This document shows, piece after piece, positions 38,135 to 47,943 of a stretch of 64,000 nt of DNA. Both the position numbers and the translations under genes were made by a program. Below the pieces are notes generated by a model, which worked only from the letters and a program-made list of their open reading frames with translations, was not told the DNA's origin and did no database searches. The first letter of the stretch is position 1; every line of letters begins with the position of its first letter. Location: the NCBI GenBank assembly GCA_014382695.1, contig JACNJF010000194.1, positions 861-64,860 of the forward strand. Direction: 5' to 3'. The DNA is from Gammaproteobacteria bacterium. Its GTDB lineage: Bacteria; Pseudomonadota; Gammaproteobacteria; GCA-001735895.

Positions 38135-39505
38135 GTGGATAGTTCACTCGAAGCAATTGAAAACAAATTGAGTGCAGCGCGCACTCGATTGATCCTGGAT
38201 AAACCATTTTTGGGGGCGCTGGTGTTGCGTCTGCCGTTGCAGGCGGCCGATCCGAGCTGGTGTGCAACCACCGGTACCGATGCCCGAAAGTTCTATTACA
38301 ATCCGGCCTATATTCAGGAGCTGCGCGCCGATGAAACCCAGTTTGTGCTGGCACACGAAGCCCTGCATTGCGCGCTGTCGCATTTTGCACGGCGCGGTCA
38401 TCGGGTTAAACACCGCTGGGATATCGCCTGTGATTATGCGATTAATCCGCTGCTGTTAGATGAAGGGCTGAAGCCGCCACCCGGCTCTCTGATGCTGCGT
38501 GAGTACCGTGGGATGACGGCGGAGGAAATCTATCCGATGATTCAGGATAACGATATGTCCGAGTCGCTGGATCAGCATCTGTACGATAAACAGGAGCAAA
38601 CCGAAGGCGGGCAGGATAAACAGCAAAATCCACTCGATCAGAAGGATTCAAAAAGTCAGTCTGGTGGTGAAGGTCAGGTGCAACGGCAGGATCAGTCGAA
38701 TAAACCTGCACAGGGCAATCAGCCTGACGAACCGGCGGATAGCGAAAAAAATCCGCAGCAGGATGAAAGCGCGGGCCTGCCGAGACAGAGCAACGATCAG
38801 TTACCCGGAAAAGCCAGCGGTGCCGCCAGTAAAGACCTGCAAAGCAGTGCACCGCAGCCGTTAACCGAATCAGAAAAATCAGATCTGCATGTGCAGTGGC
38901 AGCAGCGACTGGCTGGTTCGGCACAACAGGCGCAGCAGGCCGGTAAGCTGGGTGAAGGCATCGCGCGCATGATCGATTTTTTTCTGCAGCCGACCTTACC
39001 CTGGCGTGTATTACTGGCACGCCATATGAACAGTATTTCGCGCGACGATTACAGCTACACGCGGCCTTCCAGCCGGCGTGGCGATCCGGCGATCTATCCC
39101 AGCCTGCGTAGCCCGCAGATGAACGTGGTGGTCGCTGTCGATGTCAGTGGTTCGATCGACAAGGATGAGCTGGATGAGTTTGTGGCGGAAGTCGATTCAC
39201 TCAAATCCCAGGTTCGGGCGCGTGTCACTTTTCTGACCTGTGATTCAAAGATAACCGGTGATAGTCCTCAGATTTTTGAAGCCTGGGAGTATTGCCGCCT
39301 GCCGGAACGTATTATGGGTGGAGGCAGCACCGATTTTAACCCGGTGTTTGAGTGGGTCGAACGGCATGATGTGAAGCCGGATCTGCTGGTTTACTTTACC
39401 GACGCGGATGGACGATTCCCTCGCTGTCAGGCGCCTTATCCGGTGATCTGGCTGGTGAAAGGCCGTAAGGCCGTTCCCTGGGGCCAGAGAATTCAATTAA
39501 ATTAA
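38135..39505 (+). CDS. HExxH putative metallopeptidase domain (DUF2201_N-like) plus Q/E-rich linker plus C-terminal VWA domain protein
   Basis: GTG start. HEALHCALSH motif at the N-terminus, a low-complexity acidic and Gln-rich linker of about 120 aa, and a VWA domain with MIDAS-like VAVDVSGSID. Confidence 0.85.
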   Translation: MDSSLEAIENKLSAARTRLILDKPFLGALVLRLPLQAADPSWCATTGTDARKFYYNPAYIQELRADETQFVLAHEALHCALSHFARRGHRVKHRWDIACDYAINPLLLDEGLKPPPGSLMLREYRGMTAEEIYPMIQDNDMSESLDQHLYDKQEQTEGGQDKQQNPLDQKDSKSQSGGEGQVQRQDQSNKPAQGNQPDEPADSEKNPQQDESAGLPRQSNDQLPGKASGAASKDLQSSAPQPLTESEKSDLHVQWQQRLAGSAQQAQQAGKLGEGIARMIDFFLQPTLPWRVLLARHMNSISRDDYSYTRPSSRRGDPAIYPSLRSPQMNVVVAVDVSGSIDKDELDEFVAEVDSLKSQVRARVTFLTCDSKITGDSPQIFEAWEYCRLPERIMGGGSTDFNPVFEWVERHDVKPDLLVYFTDADGRFPRCQAPYPVIWLVKGRKAVPWGQRIQLN

Positions 39506-39513
39506 GCGGTCTT

Positions 39514-40632
39514 ATGCAATTATCCAATGAAGATAACCTGCGCCTGAATGTGTTGCTGGCGCAGGACCTGAAAGCGGTTCGCATCGATGAATCGAAAATG
39601 ATCGTGTATGCCTTATCCAGTCGCGGGGATGCCAAAATCCAGCTCAATCCGACTGGCAAGGATGAAAAATATATCCGCCTGGTAAAAGAGCTGCTGTCGA
39701 ACAAGATTATGGGTTCTCCTGGCGGTTATCCGGTGTATATCAAGCGCTGGACACGCATGGGGCAGGAACGTCAGCAGGAAAGCCTGGCGCAATTGCTGTT
39801 ACTGGGTGAGCCGGAAGCGGTGGTGGCGGTGGTGCATGCTCCAACCCTGAGTACCGATATCGCACGCCATGCGTGGTGGGCATTCCCGTCCTCTGAAAAT
39901 GCGCGCCGGTTACTGGAAAAAAAATCCATCGTGGATTCCGATCTGGCGCGAGAGCTGGTCGAGTTTTTACTCGAGTTCCTGCCGTTTGAGATAGAGCACA
40001 GAGACATGATCGATTCGGTTCGATTATGCCTGCAAAATGACCTGTTAACCGCTGCTGAAATCGACGATCTGTGGAAACGGGCGCGGCGTAAACAGAGTCT
40101 GTATGTCGGGTTTTTACACAGCCAGCCGGATGCTCTGCCGGATCAGGCCGGTGCACATCCGCTGTATAAACCGTTGCAGCAGTCTTTGCAGCCACTGGTC
40201 GAGCAGGGCAATGTGTACGCGATCCAGCTATTGCGCTACCTGTCGGAGCCGGGGCAGGGCTTTCTCAGAACCATCATCCGGGTGCTTGAAAAAGCCGCCA
40301 GCCAGGATACGATCGTTTCACTGTTTCAGGCGCTGTCAAACTATAACCGCCTGTTACCTCTGGCATCGGTGAAGCAGCGCGATATCAAGAATGCGGAGCA
40401 GCTGGTCACGGTATGGATAAGTGGCAAGCAGGATGAGCAACTGGTGAGCTGTCTTGAGGCCTGTGCACAATATAGCGATCAGATTCGAGCCATGCTGGTC
40501 ATATCTCAGCTGGATGAAGTGACGCTGTTTCCGATTTTTGGCCTGACCGATGCACTGGGCACGGTGATGCGCAAAAAACTTGAGCCGGTCACCGGCCCTT
40601 TATTGCAACATATCCGGCAGCTGTTACATTAG
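39514..40632 (+). CDS. hypothetical all-alpha protein (372 aa), fourth gene of the MoxR-VWA operon
   Basis: Separated by 8 nt from the VWA gene. No recognisable motif; predicted helical repeats. Confidence 0.7.
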   Translation: MQLSNEDNLRLNVLLAQDLKAVRIDESKMIVYALSSRGDAKIQLNPTGKDEKYIRLVKELLSNKIMGSPGGYPVYIKRWTRMGQERQQESLAQLLLLGEPEAVVAVVHAPTLSTDIARHAWWAFPSSENARRLLEKKSIVDSDLARELVEFLLEFLPFEIEHRDMIDSVRLCLQNDLLTAAEIDDLWKRARRKQSLYVGFLHSQPDALPDQAGAHPLYKPLQQSLQPLVEQGNVYAIQLLRYLSEPGQGFLRTIIRVLEKAASQDTIVSLFQALSNYNRLLPLASVKQRDIKNAEQLVTVWISGKQDEQLVSCLEACAQYSDQIRAMLVISQLDEVTLFPIFGLTDALGTVMRKKLEPVTGPLLQHIRQLLH

Positions 40633-40731
40633 GCGAAGTTCGTGGAGTGCAACTATCGGTTGCGCGATGTTTTCTATATAATGATTTCCTTATATTAAAT
40701 TTAAGGCCTCCAACTGGAGCGGGTGTATGCG

Positions 40732-42132
40732 ATGAAGTACCTTCCGATATTTTATGAAATCACCGATAAGCCCTGTGTAGTGATCGGAGGCGGGGGGATT
40801 GCCGCACGTAAAGCCGACCTGTTACATCAGGCGGGTGCCAGAGTCAGTGTGATTTCCCCCGAGCTGGGCGATGAAATGTCGCGCTTTCAACAACAGGGTA
40901 AGATTAGCTGGCAGCAACGTAATTTTGAGGCAGGTGATCTGACCGATTATTTTCTGGTGATCGCCGCAACCAGTGACAGGCGGGTCAATGAACAGGCTGC
41001 GGCTGAAGCACTGGTGCTGAAGATTCCCTGTAATGTGGTGGATAACCCAGAGCTATGCAGTTTCATCATGCCTTCGATTATCAACCGGGATCCAGTACAG
41101 ATTGCGGTATCTACCGGTGGCGCATCACCGGTGCTAGCACGTCTGATTCGGACCAATCTGGAAAGCTGTACGCCATCGGCCTATGGCAAGCTGGCGAAGC
41201 TGGTCGAAAAGTATCGTGACCGGGTCAAAAGTACCTTCCCACGCGTGGTCGAGCGTCGTAAATTCTGGGAGTCTATTCTGGAAGGGCCGGTGGCTGAACA
41301 TATCTTTGCCGGTCGTAACGACGATGCCCGACAGTTGATTGAACAACTGATCGACAAGGCCGATTCCAACCCGTCCTATAAAGGTGAAGTGTTTCTGGTA
41401 GGTGCCGGTCCGGGAGACCCCGACCTGCTCACCTTTCGCGCCTTACGCCTGATGCAAAAGGCCGATGTCATCGTCTACGATCGACTGGTTTCGCAACCGA
41501 TCATGGATCTGGTGCGGCGTGACGCGGAGCGCATCTACGCCGGCAAGGAACGCTCCCATCATGCGATACCCCAGGAAAACATCAATCAGTTGCTGGTGCG
41601 GTTGGCCAAAGAAGGCAAACGTGTACTACGCCTGAAAGGTGGCGATAACTTCATTTTCGGACGCGGTGGTGAAGAAATATCTGAATTGATCGATGAAGAT
41701 ATCCCGTTTCAGGTCGTGCCCGGTATAACTGCCGCTTCCGGTTGTACAACCTACGCAGGTATTCCGTTAACCCACCGTGATTATGCGCAGGCCTGTATCT
41801 TTGTGACCGGCCACCTGAAGGATGGCTCCAGTGATCTGAACTGGGATATGTTGTCGCATGCGAATCAAACGGTGGTTTTTTACATGGGGCTGGTGAATGT
41901 TCAGTCGATCTGCGATTCACTCAAACAACATGGCCGAGCCGCCTCTACACCGGCTGCGTTGATCGAAAAAGGTACAACGCCGGAACAACGGGTTTTTATC
42001 GGTGATCTGGATACCTTACCGGGGCTGGTGAACCAGAATAATGTCAAGGCCCCGACCCTGATTGTGGTCGGTGAAGTGGTGGAGTTGCATAAGAAACTGC
42101 ACTGGTTCAAGCCGGGCGAAGAGATTAAATAG
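40732..42132 (+). CDS. cysG: siroheme synthase
   Basis: Three functional regions: precorrin-2 dehydrogenase, sirohydrochlorin ferrochelatase, and uroporphyrinogen-III C-methyltransferase. MKYLPIF...VVIGGGGIAARKADLL matches the E. coli CysG N-terminus, and the SUMT motifs VGAGPGDPDLLT are present. Confidence 0.95.
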   Translation: MKYLPIFYEITDKPCVVIGGGGIAARKADLLHQAGARVSVISPELGDEMSRFQQQGKISWQQRNFEAGDLTDYFLVIAATSDRRVNEQAAAEALVLKIPCNVVDNPELCSFIMPSIINRDPVQIAVSTGGASPVLARLIRTNLESCTPSAYGKLAKLVEKYRDRVKSTFPRVVERRKFWESILEGPVAEHIFAGRNDDARQLIEQLIDKADSNPSYKGEVFLVGAGPGDPDLLTFRALRLMQKADVIVYDRLVSQPIMDLVRRDAERIYAGKERSHHAIPQENINQLLVRLAKEGKRVLRLKGGDNFIFGRGGEEISELIDEDIPFQVVPGITAASGCTTYAGIPLTHRDYAQACIFVTGHLKDGSSDLNWDMLSHANQTVVFYMGLVNVQSICDSLKQHGRAASTPAALIEKGTTPEQRVFIGDLDTLPGLVNQNNVKAPTLIVVGEVVELHKKLHWFKPGEEIK

Positions 42133-42257
42133 CCCCGTAGAGTGTTCCTGTAGGACTATGATGGCAATCATGCTTCTTCCTGAGGTGTATTACCTGGCGT
42201 TGCCAATTACATTGAAAACTAGTTTGTACCATCTCAGTGCTGATTTCCGAGTATCCG

Positions 42258-42812
42258 ATGCTTAAAAGCTATTTTAAAAGGATGTGTGGTCAGGGCGATA
42301 AATGCCGTGAAACTTATACCCCTGTCTGGTTACTGTGGTCAGTTGTGGGGGGATCGCTTGCCATACTGATCATCTCCTTTACCCATCAGTGGATACCGAT
42401 TTCGCATGCCAGCAGTCTGTTTTTGATCGGCTCTTTTGGTGCCTCTTCGGTTCTCATTTTCGGCACACCGAATGTACCCTATGCCCAGCCCAGGAACCTG
42501 CTCGGAGGGCATCTGATCTCTGCCCTGATCGGGGTGACGATCGCTCAATATGTGATTTTACCGATTGAATTTCAGGCGGCGCTGGTGGTTTCGCTGGCGA
42601 TACTGTTTATGCTGCTCACCAATACGGTGCATCCACCCGGCGGGGCAACCGGGCTGATCGCCGTAATCGGACATGATGGAGTGCATGAAATGGGTTACCA
42701 CTTCGTGTTGCAACCAGTACTGTCAGGCCTGTTGATCATGCTGGTGATTGCGTTGCTGTTCAATAATCTGAGTTCTGATTGTGAACGTCATTATCCCCGG
42801 CACTGGTGGTAG
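42258..42812 (+). CDS. HPP-family membrane protein
   Basis: Four TM helices and the signature HPPGGAT. Confidence 0.8.
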   Translation: MLKSYFKRMCGQGDKCRETYTPVWLLWSVVGGSLAILIISFTHQWIPISHASSLFLIGSFGASSVLIFGTPNVPYAQPRNLLGGHLISALIGVTIAQYVILPIEFQAALVVSLAILFMLLTNTVHPPGGATGLIAVIGHDGVHEMGYHFVLQPVLSGLLIMLVIALLFNNLSSDCERHYPRHWW

Positions 42813-42822
42813 GACCGCGTAT

Positions 42823-42855
42823 TAATTGCTAAGTATCCGGACATATTAGCAATTA
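42823..42855. promoter_or_regulatory. perfect 10-bp inverted repeat (taattgctaa-N13-ttagcaatta) upstream of sulP
   Basis: Seen directly in the sequence. It lies about 50 bp upstream of the SulP start, with a -10-like TAGAAT at 42873. Confidence 0.45.
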
Positions 42856-42906
42856 CTTATATATTCGGGTAGAATCCGCGCCTTTTAATCTGTGCAAGGC
42901 GAATCT

Positions 42907-44463
42907 ATGTTCCAACTCACCTGTCCTGGTAAACAATGTGTAAAAAATGATGTGTTATCCGGTCTGACCGTCGCGTTGGCGCTGGTTCCGGAAGCAGTCG
43001 CTTTTGCCTTTGTCGCGGGTGTCGAACCTCTGGTAGGCCTGTACGGCGCCTTTATGATGGGAATCATCACCGCTTTTATCGGCGGTCGTCCCGGTATGAT
43101 TTCTGGAGCCACCGGTGCGATGGCGGTGGTGATGGTGTCGCTGGTTGCTCAGCATGGGGTCGAGTATCTGTTTGCCGCGATTATCGTCACCGGTTTGATC
43201 CAGATGAGTGCCGGTGTGCTGCGCCTGGGCAAGTTTATCCGTCTGGTGCCTTTCCCGGTAATGCTGGGTTTCGTGAATGGTCTCGCCATCGTTATTTTTC
43301 TGGCCCAGTTACAGCAGTTCAAGGTGATTTCAGCCGATGGTGGGCTGGAGTGGATGAGCGGACAGTCATTGTTGATTATGCTGGGTCTGATTGCGCTGAC
43401 CATGGCGATCATCCACTTTTTACCTCGTTTTACGGTTGCTGTTCCAGCTTCTTTGGCTGCCATTATTACAGTGACTCTGCTGGTCATCGGACTGGACCTG
43501 GATAGCCGCTCGGTGGTTGATGTATTGCGTGATATGACGGGCGATATGCAGGCCACGATTGCGGGTGGTCTACCTTCGTTTCATCTACCCGTTGTGCCGT
43601 TTAACTGGGAAACACTGCGGATCATTCTGCCTTACAGCATTATTCTGGCTGGTGTTGGCCTGATTGAGTCGCTGCTGACGCTGAATCTGGTGGATGATCT
43701 GACCGAAACCCGTGGGCGTGGTAATCAGGAGTGTGTCGGGCAGGGAATCGGTAATACCGTCAATGGCCTGTTTGGCGGAATGGGCGGCTGTGCCATGATC
43801 GGACAGTCCATGATCAATATCAATTCGGGAGGCAAGGGCCGCCTGTCAGGCATCAGCGCGGCGCTGTTTCTGCTGGGATTTATTCTGTTCGCTTCCGGCC
43901 TGATCGAAATCATCCCGGTCGCAGCGCTGGTCGGGGTGATGTTCATGGTGGTGCTTGGCACCTTTGAATGGGCCACCTTTCGCATGATCGGTAAAGTGCC
44001 GTTGGCGGATATTCTGATTACCATTCTGGTTGCGGCTGTCACCGTTATATCGGATCTGGCGATCGCCGTTATCGTCGGCGTCATCGTGTCGGCACTGGTA
44101 TTTGCCTGGGAGCATGCCAAGCACATGAACGCGAAGTCTTTTATCGATGAAAATGGCAGTAAAATCTATGAGCTAAACGGGCCGCTGTTCTTTGGTTCGG
44201 TGCATGCCTTTCATGAACTGTTTAATCCACGCGAAGACCCGGATGATGTAATCATCGATTTTTATAATTCACGGGTTGCCGATCATTCCGGCATCGAAGC
44301 CATCGATAGTCTGGCTGAGCGTTATCAGCGTAACGGTAAAACACTGCATCTCAAGCATCTGAGCGAAGAATGCAAGCTGCTGCTACATACGGCCGGAAAC
44401 CTGGTAGAAGTGAATGTAATGGAAGATCCGGTATACCATGTGGCGGATGATCTGCTGGATTAG
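42907..44463 (+). CDS. SulP-family sulfate/anion transporter with C-terminal STAS domain
   Basis: Signature region [18 protein letters not shown], multiple TM helices, and a STAS domain at the C-terminus. Confidence 0.9.
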   Translation: MFQLTCPGKQCVKNDVLSGLTVALALVPEAVAFAFVAGVEPLVGLYGAFMMGIITAFIGGRPGMISGATGAMAVVMVSLVAQHGVEYLFAAIIVTGLIQMSAGVLRLGKFIRLVPFPVMLGFVNGLAIVIFLAQLQQFKVISADGGLEWMSGQSLLIMLGLIALTMAIIHFLPRFTVAVPASLAAIITVTLLVIGLDLDSRSVVDVLRDMTGDMQATIAGGLPSFHLPVVPFNWETLRIILPYSIILAGVGLIESLLTLNLVDDLTETRGRGNQECVGQGIGNTVNGLFGGMGGCAMIGQSMININSGGKGRLSGISAALFLLGFILFASGLIEIIPVAALVGVMFMVVLGTFEWATFRMIGKVPLADILITILVAAVTVISDLAIAVIVGVIVSALVFAWEHAKHMNAKSFIDENGSKIYELNGPLFFGSVHAFHELFNPREDPDDVIIDFYNSRVADHSGIEAIDSLAERYQRNGKTLHLKHLSEECKLLLHTAGNLVEVNVMEDPVYHVADDLLD

Positions 44464-45083
44464 CGAGCAATCCATTCGGCCTGTGAGATCACTGCACCAC
44501 GCAGGGTTATTTTTCCATTATAACGTTCACCCGGCTGGATGATGCCGACGCCTTTCGGGGTTCCTGTCATCACGATATCGCCGTCATTCAGCGTCATAAA
44601 ACGACTGATTTCGTTTAAAATGGTGGCTGGTTTATACAGCATCAGACTGGTATCGGCCTTTTGTACGGTGGTGCCGTTTATCTCCAGTTCCAGAGTCAAC
44701 GCCGGATCAACCTCGGATATCCTCACAAACGGGCTAAACAGTGCTGCGCCATCAAACGCTTTGGCCCGTTCCCACGGTAAGCCTTTAGCCTTGAGTTTAT
44801 CCTGCAGTGCGCGTTTGGTTAGATCAAGCCCAAACCCTACCGCTGCAAAACGCCCGTCCTCAACCACAAAACACAGCTCACCTTCGTAATTGATAGCTTC
44901 CTGATGGATCGCGTGCAGTTGATCGGATATGGCTGAATTAGGTTTGCTGAACACGACCATTTCATCGGCGACTTCATTCTTCAATTCTTCAATGTGGGCC
45001 GCATAGTTACGCCCAACGCAGACAATTTTTCCGGGAGTCAGTTGTTGCTGGCCTATTTGAATCTTGTTCATTGCTTTGCTCAT
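44460..45083 (-). CDS. fumarylacetoacetate hydrolase (FAH) family protein (YcgM-like)
   Basis: [12 protein letters not shown] at the N-terminus and the GTP.GVG motif (MTGTPKGVG). Confidence 0.85.
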   Translation of the reverse strand: MSKAMNKIQIGQQQLTPGKIVCVGRNYAAHIEELKNEVADEMVVFSKPNSAISDQLHAIHQEAINYEGELCFVVEDGRFAAVGFGLDLTKRALQDKLKAKGLPWERAKAFDGAALFSPFVRISEVDPALTLELEINGTTVQKADTSLMLYKPATILNEISRFMTLNDGDIVMTGTPKGVGIIQPGERYNGKITLRGAVISQAEWIAR

Positions 45084-45407
45084 GTTAGTTTCTCTGCAGT
45101 CGGAGTGGCGCTAAAGGTGGCGAAATAGTCTAGCAGTAACTCGATAAATAAGCGCCATTTTAGCAGCATGATGCGTCAGTAATCGACTAGTAGTGGACTA
45201 CTGAATTCACGAGGGGAGGTTGGGTGCTCCGTTAGTATGCGATCCGGCTGACTGTCTTCAAAACAGAAACAGTGTATCAATAATTTCACATATTGTTTTT
45301 ATTCGGTGCAGGCCTAATACTTTATTTCAATCAGATGAAGTTTCATAACAAAACTTTTGGTTGACCTGTAAACACTAAATAACAACGAATCCGTAGAGGA
45401 AAATTGA

Positions 45408-46001
45408 ATGAATAAATTTGTCAAAAAATCTTTAACTGTCATGACTTTATTGGGCACCCTGAGCCTGACCCAACCGGTTATGGCTGAAATGGCTTCAGCT
45501 GGAAATTATACGATCGACCCAGGTCATACTTTCGTCACTTTCAGTGTCAGTCACCTTGGTTTCAGTGAATTACAGGGTCGTTTTAACACCGTTGAAGGTA
45601 GCATGAAATATACACCTAATGGCGCATCGAGTGTTGAAGTCACGATCGATGCCGCCAGTGTGGATAGCAACCATCAGAAACGTGATGATCATTTGCGTGG
45701 TCCTGATTTCTTCAACGCGAAGCAGTTTCCTCAGATCAAGTTTGCATCCAGCAAAGTCCATTACGGCGCTTCCGGAGAACCCAGTCGTGTCGATGGAAAC
45801 TTCACTTTACACGGTGTTACCAAAGCGGTGTCTCTGGATGTGACTCCAGTCGGTGCAGGTAGCGATCCCTGGGGTGGTTACCGTTCTGGCTACAATGCCT
45901 CTACCAAGATCAAACGCAGTGACTACGGGATGAACTATATGCCTGGTGGTATCGGTGATGAGATTTCAATCAAACTTTATATCGAACTGACAAAGAATTA
46001 A
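45408..46001 (+). CDS. yceI: YceI-family periplasmic protein
   Basis: Signal peptide, YTIDPGHTFVTFSVSHLGFS, and about 190 aa in length. Confidence 0.9.
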   Translation: MNKFVKKSLTVMTLLGTLSLTQPVMAEMASAGNYTIDPGHTFVTFSVSHLGFSELQGRFNTVEGSMKYTPNGASSVEVTIDAASVDSNHQKRDDHLRGPDFFNAKQFPQIKFASSKVHYGASGEPSRVDGNFTLHGVTKAVSLDVTPVGAGSDPWGGYRSGYNASTKIKRSDYGMNYMPGGIGDEISIKLYIELTKN

Positions 46002-46057
46002 TGGAGTGCTGGCTATTCGTCAAGCATGACGAGTAGCCATTGACTCTGGTGACCCGG

Positions 46058-46843
46058 ATGAATCTTCAATTACAACTTGCCCTTCAGGTTTTGCTGCTAC
46101 CGCTGGTACTGTCTTTTGTGGTGTGGCATGCGGGCTTAAAAAGTCATCGATTTAACCTGCTAGCATTGTTTCTAATCTGGGTTATCAGTTTTGTGTGGAT
46201 AAAAGGCATGCCAGCTTTTCCACCTGCAGAAGCGGTAGAGTGGGTGGTATTAATCGGCCTGCTGTATGCCATTATCAGTATCAGCTTTAAATCTGCCGTC
46301 ATTCCATTGCTGCTGAATGCCGCCATTTTGTTGCTTGGAATTGTAATCTTGACCTGGCCGGTACTGATCCGTGCTTCAGACCCACAGTTTTTTTTAGAAC
46401 TCTTTTTGTTTGCTTCACTCGGAATAATAATACCCCTCCTCTTGAAACGCGCTTCTCCTTCCAGTCCAGCTTTAACAGTGGGAATCAGCAATGCTGGTCT
46501 CGCTGCGATATCTGGGCTGGGTGGGAGTCTTTTAATTGGACAACTGGCTGGGGTCGCGGCCTCGTTGCTGGGTGCTTTTATACTGTATGAGCTGCTTTCA
46601 AAACTGCACAATTCTGAATTACCACCTCGATCCCTTAATCTGATGGTGAACCTGCATATCTGGCTTGCGCTAATCGCTAGAGTATATGCGGAAGTGGCAC
46701 TTATTCCCGTTGTACTGGTTAGTCTGTCGTTGTTGTTTGGTTTGACCGTTCGCTGGCGCTACGCCTCTGTAGTGTCGTTACTGTTGAGTTTGGGAGCTTT
46801 GGGCTGGTTGTTAGCGACCAGCGATAACTCCAGCTATTACTAG
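46058..46843 (+). CDS. hypothetical polytopic membrane protein
   Basis: At least 7 predicted TM helices and no motif. The track start is at 46040. Confidence 0.5.
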   Translation: MNLQLQLALQVLLLPLVLSFVVWHAGLKSHRFNLLALFLIWVISFVWIKGMPAFPPAEAVEWVVLIGLLYAIISISFKSAVIPLLLNAAILLLGIVILTWPVLIRASDPQFFLELFLFASLGIIIPLLLKRASPSSPALTVGISNAGLAAISGLGGSLLIGQLAGVAASLLGAFILYELLSKLHNSELPPRSLNLMVNLHIWLALIARVYAEVALIPVVLVSLSLLFGLTVRWRYASVVSLLLSLGALGWLLATSDNSSYY

Positions 46844-46918
46844 TCCGATTCTTTGTGGCAGCAAGGTTTCTGTATGTATAGCATTTCTTTTCTTTAAATT
46901 TTTATTTCAGGTAGCCCG

Positions 46919-47875
46919 ATGTTAGTTAATGGAAAATGGAGCAAGGACTTTGATCCTGTACAGGCGGTCGATGAAGATGGCCGCTTTATCCGTCAGGATT
47001 CCCAGTTTCGCAACTGGATAACTCCCGATGGAAGTGCTGGAATAACCGGCAAAGCCGGTTTTAAAGCAGAGTCGGAACGCTATCATCTGTATGTTGCTTT
47101 AATCTGCCCCTGGGCCTGCCGCACACTGATGGCTCGCAAAATTAAAAAGCTGGAAGCTCTAATTTCGGTCAGTGTGGTGGAGCCTTATCTGCAGGATGAA
47201 TGCTGGAGTTTTGGCGCATACCCAGGCGCTGACATTGAGCCTCTGTATGGTTTTAAGTATGCCCACCAGCTCTACACCCGTGCCGATGGCAACTACAGTG
47301 GTCAGGTCACCGTACCCGTGCTGTGGGATAAACAACAGCATACCATTGTGAATAATGAGTCGGCCGATATCGTGCGCATGCTGAACAGTGGTTTTGGTGA
47401 TCTGGCTGATAATACGGTTGATCTGTACCCATTGGATCTGAGAGCTGAAATCGATGCCGTCAATGAACGTCTTTACGATAGCTTTAACAATGGCGTGTAT
47501 CAGGCTGGATTTGCTTCTACCCAGTTTGCATATGAGGAGGCGGTCGCAAAAGTATTCGACAGTCTGGCTTTTTTACAGCAGCAACTGGAAGGGCAGGATT
47601 ACCTGGTTGGTAATCGTCTGACCGAGGCTGATATTCGTGCGTTTGTGACGCTGATTCGTTTTGATACTGCTTATTACGGCCTGTTTAAAACCAATCTGGC
47701 CCAGGTCAGGGATTACCCGACTATTCTGGCGTATATGCAACGAATCTATGCGTTACCGGGGGTGGCTGAAACCGTAAATTTTGATCATATCAAGCAGGGA
47801 TACTACTCGATTAAAATGTTGAACCCTCTGGGAATAATTCCGCAAGGGCCTGATCTGTCCTATATAACGGGGTAA
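46919..47875 (+). CDS. yqjG: glutathionyl-hydroquinone reductase (Xi-class GST, YqjG/ECM4-like)
   Basis: CPWA active-site motif in YHLYVALICPWACRT. Aligns with E. coli YqjG throughout (VPVLWDK..HTIVNNESA.I.RM, AETVNFDHIK). Confidence 0.92.
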   Translation: MLVNGKWSKDFDPVQAVDEDGRFIRQDSQFRNWITPDGSAGITGKAGFKAESERYHLYVALICPWACRTLMARKIKKLEALISVSVVEPYLQDECWSFGAYPGADIEPLYGFKYAHQLYTRADGNYSGQVTVPVLWDKQQHTIVNNESADIVRMLNSGFGDLADNTVDLYPLDLRAEIDAVNERLYDSFNNGVYQAGFASTQFAYEEAVAKVFDSLAFLQQQLEGQDYLVGNRLTEADIRAFVTLIRFDTAYYGLFKTNLAQVRDYPTILAYMQRIYALPGVAETVNFDHIKQGYYSIKMLNPLGIIPQGPDLSYITG

Positions 47876-47943
47876 TGCTGGCATCTGGAAAATGTGACGC
47901 GCGCTGGTTCGATCCAGTAGCCAAAAGCATTTAACCGGGTAAT

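Noticed and set aside
38560-38930. Possible tandem DNA repeat in the Q/E-rich linker of the VWA gene.
   Set aside because: This is a compositional low-complexity coding region, not a periodic nucleotide repeat.
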